This document shows, one piece after another, positions 14,101-26,606 of a stretch of DNA of 64,000 nt (position 1 is the first letter of the stretch; the number at the start of each line of letters is the position of its first letter). Made by a program: the position numbers and the translations under genes. Source of the DNA: Octopus vulgaris (taxonomy: Eukaryota); NCBI GenBank assembly GCA_951406725.2, contig OX597816.1, forward strand, positions 62,001 to 126,000, read 5' to 3'. The notes under the pieces were generated by a model that made no database searches, was not told the origin of the DNA, and saw only the letters and a program-made list of their open reading frames with translations.

Positions 14101-14612
14101 TTTTCGTCCTAAAAAACTTTGTATGGATTGAATGGTTACCTCTATGGAAATATATACACGCACATTATACATACATGTGTGTATAGATGAATATATAAAT
14201 ACATTTAAATATCTATATACACTTTTGGGCGATCTTTCTGTTTCTTAGAGATAACTTTAGATCTTATTTTCGTCCTAAAAAACTTTGTATGGAGTGAATG
14301 GTTACCTCTATGGAAATATATACACGCACGTTATACATACATGTGTGCATAGATGAATATATAAATACATTTATATATCTATATACACTTTTGGGCGATC
14401 TTTGTGCTACTTAGAGATAACTTTAGATCTTATTTTCGTCCTAAAAAACTTTGTGCGGAGTGAATGGTTACGTGTATGGAAATATATACACACACATTAT
14501 ACATACATCTGTGTATAGATGAATATATAAATACATTTAAATATCTATATACACTTTTGGGCGATCTTTCTGCTACTTGGATATAGGTCTTATATTCGTC
14601 CTAAAAAACTTT
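14101..14612. repeat. 166-bp tandem repeat, 3 units plus a partial, inside the Helitron
   Basis: TTTTCGTCCTAAAAAACTTTG recurs at 14101, 14267 and 14433, with a partial copy near 14593. Confidence 0.93.
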
Positions 14613-15064
14613 CCTGTCACACACTCACGCACACGCACACACACACACACGCACCCTCACACACACACACACGCACACACACACTCACACACACGCACGT
14701 TAGCTTACAATTTTATTTATATATTTGCGTGTCTATGTGTGTAAAGAGGAAGTGGGAGGCAGAGTGAAAGAGTCACTCACTACAAAAAGTGAATTACTTT
14801 CACTTTATTCGTTGCACACTGTGTGTGTGTGTTTGCGTGTGCTGTAGCCCGCACTAAGAAAAGCATTTGACTTATACACCACAATGTGAGTTTTCTCTAA
14901 ATTTTGCTTAATTGGGGTTGAAATTTTAAAAACTGGACCTGGCACGACCCGATGCATTCTACTCTTAAAAATGCTAGGTAAATTGTAATTGAAGAAATCC
15001 TATATTGTAGATTTCTATAAGATACAAAGGGAGGCAGATAAAATCTGCCTTTTATAATAAGAGA

Positions 15065-16870
15065 CTAGCAGTATCGCCCGGCGTTGCTCGGGTTTGTTTC
15101 GACCCGCTGGAATTGTAATTTTGAAAAGTAAAAATTTTGTGAACATTTATCTGGTCGAAATACACCGAAAAGTGGCGACACAGCAGTGAAAAAATCGTAA
15201 AAAATAGGGATTTTCATAGAAAAAAGCAGCTTTTTTATGTAAATAATTTTTGGTGTTAACATGGTCCGATTTGAATTTTATGTTCAACGGAAGGAAGAGC
15301 AACCCTTCTTCTATCATACTCTCAATTTTGGTCAACTTGCGCCGCAGGGTCTCGGAGGAGATAGTGTTAGTTGAAGGTTACCAAACGTGGCGCACACAGA
15401 CAACTTCAGCTTTATATAGAGATAACACACACACATTAATACACATACATAGACACACACACACATGTATGTATGGATGTATATATGGGTACTTGTATCG
15501 CAGAGTGGTCCCGGTTGCGCACGTGCGGATTCGCGCGTGCGCGCGAGCCAGACGTAGGTACTCGATACTCGATCGCCCTTAAATAATTACTTTTTTTTAC
15601 AGAAACGCGAACGTATATAACGCGCAAAATTATTCCGTAGAATTTATCAAATTAAATAACGCAAAATTAATATATTCTTTGAAATTGCAAATTATTTAGA
15701 ATATAAAAATCTGGCTGCTATTTCTAGGTGCCTGAGTAACAACCTCGCGGATTTACAGATAAATGAATTAATTACTATTTTACAGAATAAAATTAATGAA
15801 TTAATTATATAAATTAAATAATTCTTGAAAATTATATAATATTAATAATATTTTTTGAATAAAGTAAATAATTTTCAAAACTTAAATAATAATTTTTTTT
15901 ACACAAACGCGAACGGGGAAAAGGGGGTGGCGAATTCGATTTTTTTATTTTCGTTGAATGAATTGAATGAATAGAAAAATGTATAATATATGTTGTACAT
16001 ACCTTAATTTTTTCTTTTTCATGACATTGTAGCAAAATAGTAGTGAATTATATAAATACCAGCAGTACATTTTTTTTTCTGGGGTATTTTTTTTCAACCT
16101 CGTCACATATTTGCACCTTCCAATTTAAACAAAGTCTTAATTAAGCAATTACGGCAGCTTAGCAATGGTTTCAATACAGGCGTGACATCTGTATCTCAAT
16201 TGTTGAAAACCCTTCGAATTTTTTCGCACGTGATGATATCATAGTGAAAACTTTCAATTACGCGCGCTTAGAAGTACGTTCGCCAATTAATACTACCAAC
16301 ATTTTGAAGTTCGCGCTCCGCTTGTGTGTGTGCGTGTGTGTGCGTGCTTTAGGTGTACGTAGGTATGTGTTTGTGTGTGTGTGTGTCACTGAAGCCATAC
16401 ATACATAACCTCTCTCTCTCTTTTCTCTCTCAGTCACTCACTACAAAAAGTGAATAAAAAAAAGTTCAGTTATCTCTGTCTTTCACTCTGTCTGTCTCTT
16501 TACACACACTAACAAAAGCACTTCACTTACACACCACACTTTCTGTGTCGCACAACCCATCAAACACACACACACACAGACACACACGCACAGACACACA
16601 CGCACACACAGCACACACACACAGACATACACACACACACACGTTAGCTTACAATGTCTGTCAACAATTGACACTGTCGTATATATTAGCGTGTCTATGT
16701 GTGTAAAGAGGAAGTGGGAGTGAAAAGTTAAAATATTGAGTTTTCTCGAATTTTGTCTTAATTGGGAGTGAAATTGAAAGAAATTTTGTATGGCATGAGC
16801 GAATGGAATTACTTTGAAAAATCTTAGGTAAACTCTAATTGAAGAAATTGTGTGAGGAGTAAATGTCAAA
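15065..16870 (-). mobile_element. Second Helitron copy joined head-to-tail to the previous one
   Basis: CTAG plus CCCGGCGTTGCTCGGG hairpin at 15065-15092. An internal 5'-end-like TCTCTATATAAAGCTG lies at 15422. Long near-identity to 20623-21705. Confidence 0.8.
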
Positions 16871-17015
16871 TGCATCTGGTATTCTTACTGACTTCTGGCG
16901 AGACAGATTTTAACAGCATTTTCATATGTCCATAAGAGATGTTACATCAGGATAAATACTGCAGTAACTATCCTATCAGCAGTATTTATACATTAATTAT
17001 GATATATATATATAC

Positions 17016-18695
17016 AGGGTTGGCAATGAGTACAGTGAAGAATTCCGGGTAGAGGTAGGGGTCCACCAAGGTTCAATCCCCAGCCCCCTCCTATTTATTA
17101 TAGTCCTCCAGGCAATAACGGAGGAATTCGAGACAGGATGCCCCTGGGAGCTCCTCTATGCTGATGACCTTGCTCTAATTGCTGAGTCACAATAAGAACT
17201 AGAGGAGAAGTTTCAAGTATGGAAACACGGATTAGAATCGAAGGGCCTTAGAGTCAACCTACCTAAAACCAAAGTCCAAATAAGTAGGAATGCAGGCAAA
17301 CCACAAATCCCTTCAGGTAGATGGCCCTGCTCAATCTGTAGAAAAGGTTTAGGTAGAAATTCTATAAGATGTACCCAGTGTAAGCTATGGATACATAAGA
17401 GGTGTAGCAATATCAAAGGAAGGCTAACTGGGAAGATAGTTTTTGTATGTGGCAGATGCTCAGGAGCAATAAACACTGAAAATGCGCAGAGACCAACTTC
17501 TGCCACATTCCAGGGAGAAAACTAGAAATAGTTGATAGCTTCCGTTACCTAGGTGACCAAATCAGTAGCGGAGGTGAGTGTACTGAAAGTGTAGCTGCTA
17601 GAATAAGAATAGCTTGGGCAAAGTTCAGAGAGCTCTTACTTCTGCTGGTGACAAAGGGCCTCTCGCTGAGAGTAAAAGCTAGACTGTATGGCGCTTGTGT
17701 ACAAACAGCCATGCTACATGGCAGTGAAACGGGGGCTGTGACTGCTGATCACATGCATAAGCTTGCAAGGAATGAAGCCAGTATGATCCGATGGATGTGT
17801 AATGACAGTGTGCATACTCAACAGAGTGTTAGTGCCTTGAGCAAAAAGTTGAACCTAAGAAGCATTAGATGTGGTGTGCAAAAGAGACGACTGCACTGGT
17901 ATGGTCATGTGGCAAGAATGGATGAAGATAGTTGTGTGAAAAAGTGCCACACCCTAGAGGTTGAAGGAACCTGTGGAAGAAGTAGACCCAGGAAGACCTG
18001 AGAAGAGGTGGTGAAGCATGACCTTCGAACATTGAGCCTCACCGAGGCAATGACTAGTGACTGGGACCTTTGAAAATATGCTGTGCTTGAGCAGACTCGG
18101 CAAGCGCAAGTGAGACCATAACCTTGTGGCCTATTCCAGGGGTGTAACCAGCCCACTTAAGCGTACCTTTCCTTCATTTGATACTAAACTCTGCTTGCGA
18201 AGACCTGTTGAGCCAAGTAAAATCAGAATCGAAATCGAAATCAAATTTGATGACTGGCATCTGTGCTAATGGAGTGCTAAGAGTACCATATGAGCGTGAT
18301 CATAACCAGAGCAACAGGCTGGCCTCCATGCCAATGGCATGTAAAAAAAATACCATTCAAGCATGATCGTTACCTGTGTCGCCTTACTGGCACTTGTGCT
18401 GGTGGCCCGTGAAAAAACATTCGAGCGAGGTCGTTGCCAGTGCTTCTGGACTGGCTCCTGTGCAGGTGGCACATAAAAGCACCATTTGAGTGTGGCCGTT
18501 GCCAGTACCGCCTGACTGGCCCTATTACACTCTCGGAGTGGTTGGCGTTAGGAAGGGCATCCAGTTGTAGAAACTCTGCCAGATCAGACTGGAGTCTGGT
18601 GTAGCCATCTGGTTTACCAAACCTCAATCAAATCGTCCAACCCATGCTAGCATGAAAAGCGGACGTTAAATGATGATGATCATGATGATGATGAT
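17016..18695 (+). mobile_element. 5'-truncated RTE LINE (dominant family)
   Basis: GVHQG and LLYADD, an intact C4HC3 insert at 17328-17459, ORF 17648-18001, 3' UTR repeat units, and the CCATGCTAGCATG..GGACGTTAAATGATGATGAT tail. Confidence 0.93.
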
Positions 18696-18767
18696 ATATG
18701 TATATGTATGTATATTTATATATATATATTTATATATATGTATGTATGTATGTAATTATGTATATTT

Positions 18768-19998
18768 TTTGGGTGTTCAGAAAGTATTTGCGGTTTTTCA
18801 CCACTATGAAATATGAATCAACCAATCATGTCAGAGTCACTGTCGAATGGACGAGAACTGCCTAGAAATAGTGTATCATCTCTTCTATCCAGTAGTATGT
18901 CATTCATAGATATTTCAGTGAATGGAATATGGAGGATAAGAACTTTATGAAGCCACATATTCACCACTGCTTACTGTATGAATTTCAAAAGATAAGTATC
19001 ACTACAGAGGAAATGAAAAGCATTTCTGAAGTGTATCCGGATGCAGTGAAAGCTCATTCCTGTCAGCTGTGGTCTAAAAGGTTTAAAGATGGCAATTGTG
19101 ACCTGTCTGACAAGCCTTGCTCTGGAAGATGACCAACTCTGAATGACAACCTTTTGAATGAGGCTGTTGTATTGGATCCATGTCAAAGCACCAGAGACTT
19201 GGTGCAAAACTTTAATGTGTCATGTTCTACTATCCACAAACATCTCAAGCAAATTAGGAAAACATACAAAGTGGGAATTTGGGTTCCACATGAGCTTACA
19301 CTTGAGAATTAAGCACAACATTCCACCATCTGAAGAAGTCTTCTAACCAGGAATAACAATCTATCATTTCTGCACTGCACTGTTACGGGTGATGAAAAAT
19401 GGGTTTTGCATCAAACAAGAAAATAAAAAGTACAACAGTTATGACATAATGAGGGGTCAGTGCCAACAACAAAACCAGAACTCCATCCACAAAGAATCTT
19501 TGCTTCGTGTTTAGTGAACATGAAAGGTATTGTCCATTATGAGTTATTGGAACAAGGAAGGGTCATCATTGCAGATGTCAATTACCAACAACTTGATTGT
19601 GTAAAGGAAAAATTAAATTGAAAGTGTTATTCTCCAGTATGACAATACATGGCCACTCTCTTCAAAACAAACCCAAGAAAAAATAAGATGATTAGGATGG
19701 GAAGTTCTTCCCCATCCTCCAAACTCACTTGACTTAGCGTCTACAGATTTTCATCTGTTCTGATCACTAGAACATTCAAAATCAGAGAGGAAGCTGAAAA
19801 CTATTTTTCAGACTTTTTGTCAGGAAAAGAAATAAGTGTCTTCGAATGTGGTATAAAAATGTTACTTTCCCATTGGGTTGCAGTCATGGAAAACAATGGG
19901 AAAGTAACATTCTTAATAAAAACTATTCAGATAAACATAGTTTACAGCAGTTTTTATATCCTTTCTAACAAACCACTATAACTTTCTGAACACCCTAA
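18768..19998 (+). mobile_element. Decayed mariner (D,D34D-type) transposon
   Basis: TIRs GGGTGTTCAGAAAGT at 18771 and ACTTTCTGAACACCC at 19981-19995. Remnants of WVPHEL, TGDEKW and HPPNSLDLASTDFHLF. Many stops. Confidence 0.9.
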
Positions 19999-20001
19999 TA
20001 A

Positions 20002-20003
<2 letters not shown>

Positions 20004-20034
<31 letters not shown>

Positions 20035-20240
20035 TGTATGTATGTATGTATGTATGTATGTATGTATGTATGTATGTATGTATGTATGTATGTATGTATG
20101 CATGTATGTATGTATGTATGTATGTATGTATGCATGTATGTATGTATGTATGTATGTATGTATGTATGTATGTATGTATGTATGTATGTGTGTATGTATG
20201 TATGTATGTATGCATGTATGTATGCATGTATGTATGTATG
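20004..20240. repeat. (TATG)n microsatellite
   Basis: Directly visible. It produces the MYVC/HTYI ORFs. Confidence 0.97.
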
Positions 20241-20622
20241 AATGCATGTATATATGTATGTGTGTGACTGTATGTGTGTATGTGAGTGTATGTGCATGTG
20301 TATGTGTATGTGCTTGCATGCATGCATGTGTGCTTGTGTCATGCATGCATACATGTATGTATGTATGTAAAAGGAAAGCAAATATATATAAAACATTATA
20401 TACATATTTGCACATATTTGTTTGATGGCTTTTAACTACTCATGAGTTCCTCTGCCCTTTGACAGGTCTTTTTTTCGTCCCACAGGGAATCCAACAATCA
20501 CCCTCCTCACCAAACAAGCCTGGGGAAGTTGCCAGTTTTGTTGCCAATGACAACCTGGTCATGCAACAAATTGTACTGGATTACATGTTACCAGTAGAGC
20601 GACCTGACATTTTATTTATTTA

Positions 20623-21489
20623 CTAGCAGTATCGCCCGGCGTTGCTCGGGTTTGTTTCGACCCGCTGGAATTGTAATTTTGAAAAGTAAAAATTTTATGA
20701 ACATTTTTCTGGTCGAAATACACCGAAAAGTGGCAACACAGCAGTGAAAAAATCGTAAAAAATAGGGATTTTCATAGAAAAAAGCATCTTTTTGATGTAA
20801 ATAATTTTTGGTGTTAACATGGTCCGATTTGAATTTTATGTTCCACGGAAGGAAGAGCAACCCTTCTTCTACCATACTCTCAATTTTGGTCAACTTGCGC
20901 CGCAGGGTCTCGGAGGAGATAGTGTTAGTTGAAGGTTACCATTGTAGGTGCCTGAGTAACAACCTCGCGGATTTACAGATAAATGAATTAATTACTATTT
21001 TACAGAATAAAATTAAATAATTCTTGAAAATTAATTAATATTAATATTTTTTGAACAAAGTAAATAATTTTTAAAACTTAAATAATAATTTTTTTTACAC
21101 AAACGCAAACGGGGAAAAGGGGGTGGCGAATTCGATTTACATACCTAAATTTTTTCTTTTTCATGACATTGTAGCAAAATAGTAGTGAATTATATAAATA
21201 CCAGCAGTACATTTTTTTTTCTGGGGTATTTTTTTTCAACCTCGTCACATATTTGCCCCTTTCAATTTAAACAAAGTCTTAATTAAGCAATTACGGCAGC
21301 TTAGCAATGGTTTCAATACAGGCGTGACATCTGTATCTCAATTGTTGAAAACCCTTCGAATTTTTTCGCACGTGATGATATCATAGTGAAAACTTCAGTT
21401 ATTTCTGTCTTTCACTCTGTCTGTCTCTTTACACACACTAACAAAAGCACTTCACTTACACACCACACTTTCTGTGTCGCACAACCCAT

Positions 21490-21530
<41 letters not shown>

Positions 21531-22077
21531 GCACGCACACATGTACATCAATGCTTTCAGAGTGAAATGTTAAAATATTGAGTTTTCTCGAATTTTGTCT
21601 TAATTGGGGGTGAAATTGAAAGAAATATATTATGGCATGAGCGAATGGAGTACTTTGAAAAATCTTAGGTAAATTCTAATTGAAGAAATTGTGTGAGGAG
21701 TAAATGGTTATGTATTTATTTGTTTCTGTTTGCTGTGTTTTTTTATTTTTTGAGTAGTGGTTTAAATACTTTCAGTTTAGTCTTCCTCAAATCACTCTGT
21801 CGCTATTTACTTTCATTTTATTCGTTGCACACTGTGTGTGTGCGTTTGCGTGTGCTGTAAACCAGACTAAGAAAAGCATTTGACATACACACCAGAATGT
21901 GAGTTTTCTGTAAATTTTGCTTAATTGGAGTTTAAATTTTAAAAACTGGACCTGGCATGACCCGATGCATTCTACTCTTAAAAATGCTAGGTAAATTGTA
22001 ATTGAAGAAATCCTATATTGTAGATTTCTATAACTCCCAAAGGGAGGCAGATAAAATCTGCCTTTTATAATAAGAGA
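20623..22077 (-). mobile_element. Complete non-autonomous Helitron inserted at A|T
   Basis: The minus strand starts TC(TCTTATTATAAAAGG) at 22077 and ends with a hairpin plus CTAG at 20623. It is flanked by A20622 and T22078 with no TSD. Confidence 0.88.
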
Positions 22078-22097
22078 TATTTCATCTACTATATTTT

Positions 22098-22312
22098 GAA
22101 TGGGATAAAGAGAGTTTGCCAAATGTTGACCCAACTGAGGGACCAGCTATCCGAGTTGACAGTTCCTTGGTAGATAAGGCAATTAGAAGCATGAAGACAG
22201 GGAAAGCCCCCGGCCCATCAGGAATTACTGCAGAGATGCTCAAAATGTCTGGCAGTGTTGGCTATAGCCTAGTCACCCGTATAGTCAACCAGGTGATACA
22301 CGAAGGAGTCAT
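22098..22312 (+). mobile_element. Internal RTE ORF fragment
   Basis: PNVDPTEGPAIRVDSSLVDKAIRSMKTGKAPGPSGI is nearly identical to 26790-27003. Confidence 0.88.
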
Positions 22313-22786
22313 AGGCGAGAACAATGTTTATAAATAAAAGTTTAATAAAATTACATAGAGATGAGTAGAAGAGGGGTTATAGTTATATATGTAAAGGTAG
22401 AGGAAGTAGAAGAGGGAGAAAGATGTACTAGGTGATGGTGAATCAATTATTATAATAAGCCAGATTTACCCAAGAAATATACAGTGACTATAAGATTAGA
22501 AGTGAGAGAAGTGGCTAGGCAGGCAATATCTAGGGAAACGTGATGGAGAGAGAGAAATGGAGTTATACTCGAGAAGCACATGAATTATAGCTGATTAGAG
22601 AAAGGCTGAAAAAATATTTTTGATAGGGCTATTGAAAATTATTTTACTTTTTGCTAACATTTAGCCTTAAATTTATTATTTGAAGTAATTTTTTAATTAT
22701 ACAGTAATAAACGCTATTATTTTTACGTCATATGTAAACAAGCATAATTTTGTTTTTGAAGCACTGAAATGTATTGTAGTACAAGC

Positions 22787-23058
22787 AGAAAGATATATTT
22801 TTCAATGCATAAATACTGATAGAACAGCATCTGTAGGATAAAATCCTTACAGAGCAAAAAAATCTGTCAGCAACCAGCCATGAGAATCAAACTCACATCC
22901 TTTTGATTTCCAGTCAAATGCTTGACCATTAAGCCAAACTGTTTTACTGGCAAATTTTGATTCTCATGGCTGGTTGCTGATAAATTTTTCTGCTCTGTAA
23001 GGATTTTATCCTATATGCTGTTCTCCCAGTATTTACACGTTGAAAAATATATCTTTCT
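22787..23058. repeat. Foldback palindrome (about 105-bp arms) around a tRNA-like core
   Basis: AGAAAGATATATTTTTCAA..CAGCAACCAGCCATGAGAATCAAA pairs with TTTGATTCTCATGGCTGGTTGCTG..TTGAAAAATATATCTTTCT. Confidence 0.85.
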
Positions 23059-23539
23059 ATTTATACTATTATTTTTAGTTTTTAAATTTAAATATAATTT
23101 TAACTATAGCTGCAGTATTTTAAATATAAATATGCTTGTCCTGTACTTTTTCAGGTTTAATAACTTAAAAATATTAATTTCCATGTGTCCACATTTTTCA
23201 TTGTAATCCACTTTTTTCCTGACAACGCAATTAAACGAATAAATAGGGACAATTAATAATTTATAATTTCACCTAATTAAAAAATTTTAATTTTATTTAA
23301 TACTTTTGCTAAATAATTTTTCCATTATTTTTCATGTTTGATGATTGAATTAAAATAAGGATAGGTATTAATCTAAATAAATAAAAAATGAATTGCAAGA
23401 GCACTGTATAGTGGTACTGGCTCATGGTAAAATTGAAAATTCAGGGAAAAAGAGTCAGAAAGAGAAGAAATCTTACTGAGGCAAGGGAGATAACTGGGTA
23501 TATTTTATAAGGTTACGTGATAGTGAAATAATACTGCAG

Positions 23540-24602
23540 ACAGGGTCATTAGAGCAAAGAAACAGGCATGGAAGGCCTGGAATAGTTGGGGTAGCAAGTA
23601 ACTGTATCAGATAATCAGAAGCTAGAGGACAGGTATGTATAACCAAGGGAGAAGCAGAAAAGAAGAAGTTTGCAAACGTTCAGCAACACGAGGACCAAAG
23701 AACTGAAGTATTTCGGATTGCAAGACAGTGTGTGAGAGAAAATTGTGATGTCATAGGAGAGAAATGTGTCCACATGGATGATGGTGCACTTGCATTTCAT
23801 GGTTCTGCAAAGAAAGAGGCTTGGAGATGCCATTATGAAAGACTACTGAATGTGGAGAATGAATGGGAGGAGGAGAGTCTGCCAAAGGTTGACACATTTG
23901 AGGGACCAGCTACCTGAATCAATAATATCTTGGTAGATAAAGCAATTAAGGATATGAAGACAGGGAAAACCCATCAGGAATCACTGCTGTGATGCTCAAA
24001 TATCTGGTGGTGTGGGTTATAGTCTAGTCACCCGTAGTGTAGTTCACAAAGGTGTCATACCCAATGACTAGTGTAGCAGCACTATAGTCAACTGCTACAA
24101 AGGTAAAGGTGATATCTTAGATAGAAATAAGTACCGGGGTATCAAATTGCTGGATCAGGTAATAAAAGTAATGGAGAGGGTCATAGCCCAACTAATTAGG
24201 GAGAGAGTTAGCCTAGATGAGATGCAGTTTGGTTGTGCGTCAGGGAGAAGCACCACAGATGCTATATTTCTGGTAAAGCAACTGCAGGAGAAATACCTAG
24301 CCAAAGATAAAGCTCTGTACTTGCTTTTGTTGACCTGGAGAAAGCCTTTGACAGGGTCCGTCGATCCCTTATCTGGTGGTTAATGAGGAAACTAGGGATA
24401 GACGAGTGGTTGGTAAGAGCCATACAAGCCCTGTACAGGGATGCTGTCAGTAATGTGAGGGTTGGTAATGAGTACAGTGAAGAATTCCAGGTAGAAGTAA
24501 GGATCAGTCCTCACCAGGGATCAATCCTCTTATTCATCATAGTTCTCAAGGCAATAACAGGAATTCAAGACAGGCTGCCCCTGGGAGCTCCTCTATGCTG
24601 AT
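23540..24602 (+). mobile_element. Older RTE copy, linker to YAD motif
   Basis: Degenerate match to 26607-27552. It stops abruptly at CTCCTCTATGCTGAT. Confidence 0.88.
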
Positions 24603-25425
24603 TAGTTGTATCTAAAGCATCACCTTTACCTTTGTAACAGTTGACTATTATGCTGCTACACCAGTCATTGGGTATGACTCCTTCGTGCATCACCTGGTTA
24701 ACTATATGGGTGACTAGGCTATATCCGACCCTACCAGATATTTTGAGCATCTCTGCAGTGATATCTGATGGGCCGGCGGGCTTTCTCTGCCTTCATACTC
24801 TTAATTGCTTTATCTACTAAGGTACTGTCAGCTCGGATAGCTGGTCCCTCTGTTGGGTCAACATTCAGCTGACTCTCTTTCTCCCATTCATTTTCTTTAT
24901 TCAGCAACCTTTCAGAGTGGCATCTCCAAACCTCTCTCTTTGCAGCCACATTTAGTGCAAGTGAACCATCATCCATGCGAACACATTTTTCTCCTACCAC
25001 GTCACGATTCTCTCTCACACACTGTCTTGAACACAAAATACCTCGTCTTTGGTCCTTATGGTGTAGAACATTGGCAAATTTTTTCTTATCTGCTTCCCTT
25101 CTGGCTAAGTAAACCTGCCTCTTAGCTTCCCTTCTGGCAGTCTGAAACAATTCCCTGCTATCACCGTTCTTCCAGTCCTTCCAAGCCTGTTTCTTTTCTC
25201 TAATAGCCCTGTCAACAACATTGTTCCACCACCATGTTATTTTCAGTCAAGAGGGAACTTTGCTCCATCCACAGATCTGTTCAGTGGCCCTCAGCAGGTT
25301 GTCCCGTAGAAACCTCCAGTTGTCTTCTACATCGTGTGAAGCTATATCCCCTTCTATTTCGTCAAAAGCTTCAAGTAATATGTCCCTAAATCTCTGTCCA
25401 TTTGCAGGATCTTTAAGCTTCCATC
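24601..25425 (-). mobile_element. RTE fragment (EN-RT linker to KGKGDAL)
   Basis: ORFs 24565-24750, 24731-25150 and 25247-25552 match the RTE protein (WKLKDPAN, QCVRENRDVVGEKCVR, IPNDWCSS). Confidence 0.88.
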
Positions 25426-25545
25426 TAGCCATAGAAAACCATGTCAAATGAGACTGGAGTCTGGTGCAGCCTTCCAGCCTAGTCAAACCATTCAATCCAT
25501 TCCAGCATAGACAATGGACGTTAAATGATGATGATGATGATGTCA
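25426..25545 (+). mobile_element. Isolated RTE 3' tail
   Basis: GACTGGAGTCTGGTGCAGCC..GGACGTTAAATGATGATGATGATG. Confidence 0.8.
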
Positions 25546-25549
25546 ATGA

Positions 25550-26445
25550 CAAGAATTACAACTCACAGGTGCCATTTACATGACACCATCAACGACCATG
25601 ACTACAGTTTCACAGGTGTCATGACTACAATTACATGACACCAGCATGGCAACAACTATGATTTCACTTGGCCTGATGAGTCTTCCTATGCACAGCATAT
25701 CACCAGAGGTCTCGGTTACTTGTCATCACCTTTGTGAGGCCCAACATTTAAAGATCATGTTTCACCACCTCATCCCATGTCTTCTTGGATCTACCTCTTC
25801 CACAGGTTCCCTTCACAGTTAAAGATTGGCACTTCTTTTCACATCTGTCCTTGTTCATATGCATCACATGACCACACCAGCACAGTCATCTCTCTTGCAC
25901 AGTACATCTGATGGCTCTTATACCCAACTTTTCTCTCAAGACACTTACACACTGTTGTGAAGGCACACTGACATTGCACATCCAACGAAACATACTAGCT
26001 TCATTTCTTTTAAGCCTTCACATGCCCTTGGCAGTCGCAGCCAATGTTTCACTGCCATGTAACATAACTGTTCATACATAGTCATCATACAGTCTGCTTT
26101 CATTCTGAGGGAGCAGCCCTTCATTAACAACAGAGGTAGGAGCTCTCTGAACTTTGCCCAGCCAATTTTTATTCTCACAGTTACATTCCTGGAAGATCCA
26201 CCCCCACTACTGACCTGGTCATCTAGATAACATTAGCTATCAGCTTACACCGGGCACATCTTATGAAGTTTTTCCCTACTCCTTTTCTACAGATCAAGCA
26301 GGCCATCTACTTGCAAAGAATTGTGATTTGTCCTCTTTCCTACTTACTAAGGCTTTTGTTTTTGCTAGATTAACTCTAAGGCCTTTCAATTCTAGACCTT
26401 GCTTCCACACCTGAAATTTCTCTAGTTCTGGAAGTGATTTAGCTA
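25550..26445 (-). mobile_element. Older RTE copy, post-YADD to 3' UTR
   Basis: The minus strand starts AKSLPELEKFQVWKQGL, then RIKIGWAKFRELLPLL and GRSKKTWDEVVKHDL. Confidence 0.88.
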
Positions 26446-26606
26446 CCCCTTTATTATAATACAGAAGTAGAATTGAACAATGTATGTATTATTAATATCG
26501 GCATAATGACTCTCCCTGGACACAACAAAAGTTTTTTCAACACAAATTGGCATCAAGAATTTTGCAAACCAGATACAAAAACGAAGTATATATATATATA
26601 TATATA

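Larger units (their letters stand above)
13256..15064 (-). mobile_element. Non-autonomous/composite Helitron
   Basis: Minus-strand 3' end is the hairpin CCCGAGCAACGCCGGG followed by CTAG at 13256-13259. Minus-strand 5' end is TCTCTTATTATAAAAGG at 15064. It contains a helicase fragment and tandem repeats. Confidence 0.8.

Noticed and set aside
19954-20425. Long ORFs of MYVC/HTYI or YIYI repeats (also 10333-11374, 30558-31152)
   Set aside because: These are stop-free frames of microsatellites and purine tracts.
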